A DNA stretch of 32,000 nucleotides from assembly GCA_031316235.1 (NCBI GenBank), contig JALDRA010000001.1, positions 60,001 to 92,000 on the forward strand, read 5' to 3'. The stretch is from Candidatus Scalindua sp. (GTDB lineage Bacteria; Planctomycetota; Brocadiia; Brocadiales; Scalinduaceae). The position numbers and the translations under genes are program-made. Within the stretch, counting starts at the first letter, position 1; every line of letters starts with the position of its first letter. This document shows, one piece after another, positions 27,545 through 32,000 of the stretch. The notes under the pieces are model-generated. The model searched no databases, had not been told where the DNA came from, and worked only from the letters and a program-made list of their open reading frames with translations.

Positions 27545-27579
27545 TGCCAATTAATATATGTTTTAAATGTACATACTCA

Positions 27580-28401
27580 TTAAAGTGTGTCATTTACCAA
27601 TCCACTGATTACCTCTTTAACGAGACTTTCATCAAGTGTCATTTTTTCCTCCACATATCCTGACAGCAAAGCGGCATCACAGGCAATGTTTATGAGACGC
27701 GGTATGCCATTCGAATATTCGTATATTTCCTGGCATGCCTCTTGAGTAAACAGAGGCAACCCATTTGCTGCTCCTGCAACCTTTAACCGGTGTTTTATGT
27801 ATTCCTCAGATTCTACCCGGCTTAAGGGATTCAAATGGCAGGCCACTGCTATCCTCTGTTTCAGCTGGTTAAATTGCTGCAAGGAAAAGGTCTCTCTCAG
27901 CTCAGGCTGCCCAACGAAGATTATTTGAACAAGTTTCTGTTTTTCTGTTTCAAGATTCGATAACATGCGTATTTCTTCAAGTACTGACATCTCAATATTT
28001 TGTGCTTCATCAAAGATTATGACGACAGGGGTATTCTGTTTTATCTGATCCTTGAGGAAATTTTGAAATTTGCTTAATAGCACATCCTTTGTATCTTCAG
28101 TTTCCGGATCGATAATCGAAAATTGATGAAGAACCATTCTCAGAAGCTGTTCGAATGTACCCTTAGGGTTCACGATAAAGGCAGACCTTACATTATTCTT
28201 TTTTTTCTCCAATATACTCTTCAATATGGTTGTTTTACCGCTTCCAATCTCACCTGTGAGCTGAATAATCCCTTTCCTTGCCTCCAGGCCATATGTTACG
28301 TATGCCATTGATTTTTTATGCGACTTGCTTAAATAGAGGTAAGCAGGATCAGCTGTCAGGTTAAATGGGTTTTCCCCTAAACCATAGAAATTCATATACA
28401 T
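27580..28401 (-). CDS. ExeA-like AAA ATPase (PEP-CTERM/EPS-locus-associated ATPase type)
   Basis: 273 aa. N-terminal FYGLGENPFNLTADPAYLY. Walker A GEIGSGKTT and Walker B VVIIFDEAQN. PRLINIACDAALL near the C-terminus. Confidence 0.85.
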   Translation of the reverse strand: MYMNFYGLGENPFNLTADPAYLYLSKSHKKSMAYVTYGLEARKGIIQLTGEIGSGKTTILKSILEKKKNNVRSAFIVNPKGTFEQLLRMVLHQFSIIDPETEDTKDVLLSKFQNFLKDQIKQNTPVVIIFDEAQNIEMSVLEEIRMLSNLETEKQKLVQIIFVGQPELRETFSLQQFNQLKQRIAVACHLNPLSRVESEEYIKHRLKVAGAANGLPLFTQEACQEIYEYSNGIPRLINIACDAALLSGYVEEKMTLDESLVKEVISGLVNDTL

Positions 28402-28580
28402 AGAAATCAGTTCTCTTCCCGCGCTACATTATCTTTCTTGTTCATTAAGTTACACATCCGGGGGGATGTGACATGGAAGTTCTGACGTTACCGTGTGTGC
28501 TGACGTATACACGGTATAATTCTGAAATATTATGCATCGGGTTAGTGCATTCTCACTCATATGAGTCAGATCCAGACAGG

Positions 28581-28624
28581 AAGTAATAAAAGTACCTGTC
28601 TGCGTGCAGCGTACAGGCAGGTAC
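28581..28624 (-). terminator. putative rho-independent terminator or attenuator after the chain-length determinant gene
   Basis: Minus strand: gtacctgcctg-tacgctgcacg-cagacaggtac (11-bp stem with one mismatch), followed directly by TTTTATT. It lies ~47 nt after the stop at 28672. Confidence 0.55.
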
Positions 28625-28671
28625 ATCTCAAACTGCAGAATTACACCTGCTTAATAAGGCGTACAGTAGAA

Positions 28672-30138
28672 TTAAGCCAATCCATTTTTAATCTTTTGTC
28701 TCATCTCTTTTTTTGTCACGATCGTTGGAATCATACCGATAACAGGAATATTTAGATATTCAAAAACATCTTCTTTTGTCCTGAACCGTGGATCAATTAC
28801 TTCCAGGCCGTATATCAGTCCCACTCCCAGGCCGGCACCCAGGAGGATTCCCATAAAAATTATCTTTTTCTTTTTTCCTTTTATGGGTTCATAAGAGATC
28901 CTTGGAAATTCAACTATTTTAAATGGGTTACTCTTTGCGTCGAGAGAGACCTCTTTCAGAAGCTCTGCCTTAGATTTTTGAATGAGACGCTGTTCATAAA
29001 GTGTTTTGTTAATTTCATAAGACATCTGTAGATCAAAAAGCCTCTGTTTAAGTTCAGGAATATTTTCAAGAGAAGGTGTAAAACCGACAATTGAGCTATC
29101 TAACTCTTTTTGACGAGCCTGCAGCGATTTTAATTCAAGCCGTAAATCAAACTCTTTCTGCATAAGAGTTTCAAACCTTGGATTATTTACAATTTTTTTC
29201 TCTTTAATGACTTTTTCTGCTTCCTTATCTAAAAGTTCCCTTAGATGGATAAGCTCTTGTTGCTTCTGTTGTATGCGTGGATGTTCATCAAAATACTTTG
29301 AATGCAGTAACGTAAGTTCTACTTCCAGGTTGTTGACATTATCCGTTAATGATTTCAATGCCGGATTAGGTACCTCTATTACCTCACCGGTAATAGTTTT
29401 CGTTTCATTTCTTTTGCTCTCTCCCAGGAATTTAAGCTTCTCCTCCAGGGCTGCTATTTGCTTATCAACCTCTACCTTTTCATTCTTAACTGCATAAAAC
29501 TGAGGTAAAACACTGTTATCCGCACCTGGCAGATCATTTATATGCTCATCTTCGAATTCCCGGAACTTTCGCTCAGATTCGTTAAGTTCCTTTTTAAGTC
29601 TTTTTAAGTCTGATTCGATAAAATCCAGGGTGTCCTCTGCTTCACCTCGTGATGATTTAAGCGACTTTTCCATAAAATTAGTAACCAGACCGTTTACAAT
29701 AAAAAAATTCTCCTCAGGATTTTCCCCTGTATATAACAGTTCGATAAATTCGCTTCCTTTTGTTCTCAAGTTCAGATCTTTAATTATCTCTCTGTACATT
29801 TTTTCCAATGCTGATGTATCACCATCGGGCAATTCTTTATCGAGTTCCGCTTCTTTGATCACCTGAGTGACAGATTCCCATGCAAATATTCTCTCCCTGA
29901 CAGCCTGCAGCACCTGCCTGGCATCTAATTTAGAATTACGCTCAGACAACACGTTGGTGAGCACTTTTGAGTCCTCAACAATCAATACACATTTCGATTC
30001 AAAGAGGTCCGGTATGGTAGAGCTATAAAAAACACCTCCTGCGGTAAACAGTATGAAAGGAACAATAAAAAACCACTTGCGTCTTAAAAACAGTTGTAGG
30101 TATCTTTGTATATCTATTTGTGTTTTTTTATTTTCCAT
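28672..30138 (-). CDS. polysaccharide chain-length determinant (Wzz/GumC-like, PCP family)
   Basis: 488 aa. N-terminal TM (WFFIVPFILFTAGGVFY), a long coiled-coil-like middle, a Pro-containing segment (FPRISYEPIKGKKKK) and a C-terminal TM (IIFMGILLGAGLGVGLIYG). Confidence 0.85.
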   Translation of the reverse strand: MENKKTQIDIQRYLQLFLRRKWFFIVPFILFTAGGVFYSSTIPDLFESKCVLIVEDSKVLTNVLSERNSKLDARQVLQAVRERIFAWESVTQVIKEAELDKELPDGDTSALEKMYREIIKDLNLRTKGSEFIELLYTGENPEENFFIVNGLVTNFMEKSLKSSRGEAEDTLDFIESDLKRLKKELNESERKFREFEDEHINDLPGADNSVLPQFYAVKNEKVEVDKQIAALEEKLKFLGESKRNETKTITGEVIEVPNPALKSLTDNVNNLEVELTLLHSKYFDEHPRIQQKQQELIHLRELLDKEAEKVIKEKKIVNNPRFETLMQKEFDLRLELKSLQARQKELDSSIVGFTPSLENIPELKQRLFDLQMSYEINKTLYEQRLIQKSKAELLKEVSLDAKSNPFKIVEFPRISYEPIKGKKKKIIFMGILLGAGLGVGLIYGLEVIDPRFRTKEDVFEYLNIPVIGMIPTIVTKKEMRQKIKNGLA

Positions 30139-30263
30139 AATTTAATGACAACGTTCCCCTGAGAGCTATGTATGAAGAGTGATGAATCACTCATTTTTGA
30201 ATTTTGATTAGAATCGATGAAGGGAATTTTTTCCATTTTTCTTTTTTTAAATTTATCACGCCA

Positions 30264-30469
30264 CATGGCTGATGGCTCATGGCTGATGGCTGATGGCTCA
30301 TAGCTCATGGCTGATGGTTAAGCGTTCAGAGGTTCAGCGTTCAAAGGTTCTGGGTTCAAGGTTCAGAGGTTCTGGGTTCAACGTTCTGGGTTCTGGGTTC
30401 TGGGTTCAGCGTTCAAAGGTTCATGGCTCAAGGTTCAGGGTTGATGGCTGATGGTTGATAATTATTTCG
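30264..30469 (+). repeat. 7-8-nt tandem repeat array (same two unit families as 22221-22694) 3' of four-helix-bundle gene copy 2
   Basis: catggctgatggctcatggctgatggctgatggctcatagctcatggctgatggttaagcgttcagaggttcagcgttcaaaggttctgggttcaaggttcagaggttctggg...ggttgatggctgatggttgat. Confidence 0.9.
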
Positions 30470-30471
30470 TG

Positions 30472-30796
30472 ATTGTTTTCTTTATTGAATTACGCCATTT
30501 ACCTTCAGCAATATACTAAAACCGATTTGGTTTTCGGTTTTTCTGAAAAACAAATCTTGGTGAAGGTATACTCGCTCCGTTTTTACTCGGATTTTATCCG
30601 AAAACTATTATGAAATGAGTATATTTGCTGAAATTGATGTTGCGGATGATTCTAATTGTTCTATCAATCTATAATGATTGCGATCAGAATTCATTGTATC
30701 TGCAATGCCAATAACACTCACTGCAAAATCTATAGATTTTTGCCTGACATCTAAATCTTCAAAACTAAACTTTATTTCACACATTTTCTCCATCAT
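30472..30796 (-). pseudogene. four-helix-bundle protein gene copy 2, disrupted by a MITE insertion and a ~168-bp internal deletion
   Basis: The 5' part (30624-30796) is almost identical to 25224-25396. MITE copy E interrupts it at the TA within cagcaaTAtttgctg. The sequence equivalent to 25032-25199 is missing, between gaatt microhomologies. Confidence 0.85.
30512..30623 (-). mobile_element. MITE type 1, copy E (reverse orientation), with a matching empty site in the paralogous gene
   Basis: Filled site: cagcaaTAtactaaaaccgatttgg...gaaatgagtaTAtttgctg. Empty site at 25216-25230: cagcaaTAtttgctg. This is a ~110-bp insertion with TA duplication. Confidence 0.9.
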
Positions 30797-30836
30797 TAAC
30801 CATCAGCTATGAACTATGAGCTATCAACCATGAGCT
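30797..30836 (-). repeat. short inverted heptamer block 5' of four-helix-bundle gene copy 2
   Basis: taaccatcagctatgaactatgagctatcaaccatgagctc, paralogous to 25397-25436. Confidence 0.8.
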
Positions 30837-31030
30837 CTGTGCAATCTACGGATGAATGTTTTTAAGTTTTTCTGATAAAACGGTCTGTGTTACCGCTGCT
30901 ATAGAATTTGAAGGGACGTCTCTGATTTACCACTCTGCCTCCACCAGCAATTGAGTTTCGTCCCAAACGTATTGATTACAGGGGGAGTTCCCAATGGGCA
31001 TATCGATACAAATCATGTCATTATGAGTTT

Positions 31031-31175
31031 TATACTCATCTTATAATGGTTTTCGGGGAAAATCCGGGAAATAACGGAGCGGGTACAAGTCCTCGGCGTT
31101 TTTTGTCCGGGTAAAGTCCTCGGCGCCTGGTTTTGTCCGGGGATACCAGCAAGCCATGCTTTGGTTTTTAGTATA
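31031..31175 (+). mobile_element. MITE type 1, copy F (long variant with an internal ~29-nt tandem duplication)
   Basis: tatactcatcttataatggttttcggggaaaatccgggaaataacggagcgggtacaagtcctcggcgttttttgtccgg|gtaaagtcctcggcgcctggttttgtccgg|ggataccagcaagccatgctttggtttttagtata. Confidence 0.75.
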
Positions 31176-31544
31176 TCACGCCAAGCCGCTAAGAACGTAA
31201 AGCATAAAAACTTTTAAAATCTTTCTCCTCGTAGCAGGCTAACAGTAAGTTCTCAAGTGATTTCACGTAGTAAAAGTTAAGTATTCCAATGAAACAATTT
31301 AAGCTTTTACAGGACAGGTGCAATGAGGTCTTTCTTCTTGTGTGAAAGGTAAAATCATTTTATAACAGGCATACTATCTACAGCTCCGCCCTCTCGGTTA
31401 CATTGCTTATGCAACTTACAGATATAAAGTGTTTGTTTGAACGAAAACTACCTATCTACGGCGTTACTGTAATAATGACGCAATCCTCACGTACTTGAGT
31501 ACGCTCCGGTTACCTAATTATTTCGCGCCTTGTACCTAAGCAGT

Positions 31545-31617
31545 TTTGGTTCAAACACGGGGTATCCGTTCAACCCCAAGGTTTCCGTTCAACCCCAGGG
31601 TTTCTGTTCAAGCACTG
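31545..31617 (+). repeat. three adjacent 19-nt direct repeats (GGTWTCYGTTCAASC..) plus a preceding half-site
   Basis: ggtatccgttcaaccccaa (31561-31579), ggtttccgttcaaccccag (31580-31598), ggtttctgttcaagcactg (31599-31617), preceded by ggttcaaac at 31548-31556. Related sites: ggtttccgttcaaac at 20726-20740 and, inverted, gtttgtttgaacgaaaac at 31431-31448. Confidence 0.7.
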
Positions 31618-32000
31618 ACTATGTATACCCAATTACAGAAAACCCCGCCCAGAAATCTTTGTATTTCCACCATAACCCGAACAGGCAGAAGGTATCGAGT
31701 CAGTATATCCTGAACCACTCTTTCAAAATGACTACAACTACTTCCCTATAGTTGCTTATCTCCCTTTTGGGTATGTGCTTCAGCACAACAAAACAAGATG
31801 GTAAATACTTTTTGTTGTACTCCTCACTAATTCAATTCTCACTTTTTTGAAATGGGACTCCTATTTTGTCCTCAGCCTCCATTCAAATGGAAAATTGTTT
31901 TTGCACTGTTTTGGTTACTATGCCCCCCTGCCCGGAACCCGGAGGACGGGCGTACACTAACCCGGCCTGCAACGCAGTCTCGCCTGCTATGGTAATGGAT

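Noticed and set aside
27731-27745. Sigma-54-like element TGGCATgcctcTTGAg on the plus strand
   Set aside because: It lies inside the ATPase coding sequence, on the strand opposite to all neighbouring genes, and the -12 element is imperfect. It is most likely a chance match. Other TGGCA occurrences (8792, 9283, 29937) are worse.
30114-30308. 64-aa ORF MSYEPSAISHEPSAMWRDKF...
   Set aside because: Its N-terminal part is simply the translation of the heptamer array, and it overlaps the start of the chain-length determinant gene. It is a repeat artefact, not a gene.
31460-32000. Group II intron domain V, RNase P RNA, tmRNA or riboswitch in the terminal non-coding region
   Set aside because: I could not fold cacgtacttgagtacg (or its complement) into a domain-V-like helix with an AGC triad and bulge. 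The conserved RNase P GGAAAGTCCGGGC, the tmRNA ends and the common riboswitch cores are absent. The region is left as unassigned non-coding.

Overview
AT-rich bacterial chromosomal window. Most of it is one minus-strand exopolysaccharide (EPS) locus. Its gene set matches PEP-CTERM/exosortase-associated EPS loci: a Wzz/GumC-like chain-length determinant, an ExeA-like AAA ATPase, a BY-type tyrosine kinase, polyprenyl-phosphate sugar transferases, two GT4 glycosyltransferases, a NodB-type deacetylase, a Wzx-like flippase and an AsnB-like amidotransferase. No exosortase gene and no PEP-CTERM substrate are visible in the window. A tightly packed tailoring block sits inside the operon: a beta-propeller lipoprotein, two SAM methyltransferases and a radical-SAM/SPASM enzyme. 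Downstream lie a 1156-aa secreted multidomain protein, an orphan Dam-type DNA methyltransferase and a partial ORF at the left edge. The locus is heavily colonised by repetitive and mobile DNA. (1) A ~113-bp TA-targeting MITE family occurs in about 8 copies or fragments, and its ends resemble those of a resident IS630-family element. (2) That IS630 element is itself split by a 2441-bp IS701-like element carrying a DUF4338/DruA-like ORF, with a 4-bp ATAC target duplication. (3) A second MITE type has 24-bp perfect terminal inverted repeats. (4) There are two directly repeated cassettes encoding a four-helix-bundle (23S-rRNA-IVS/Avd family) protein. Both are degenerate, and they bracket the chain-length/ATPase/kinase module. 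(5) Long arrays of 7-8-nt tandem repeats (GATGGCT/CATGGCT/CATAGCT and GGTTCAGAG/GGTTCTG) accompany those cassettes. (6) A nested-palindrome repeat pile fills one intra-operon spacer. A degenerate-GGDEF::sugar-transferase fusion gene is pseudogenised by MITE insertions. The last ~0.8 kb is non-coding and contains 19-nt direct repeats. All family assignments come from motifs read by eye; no searches were run.
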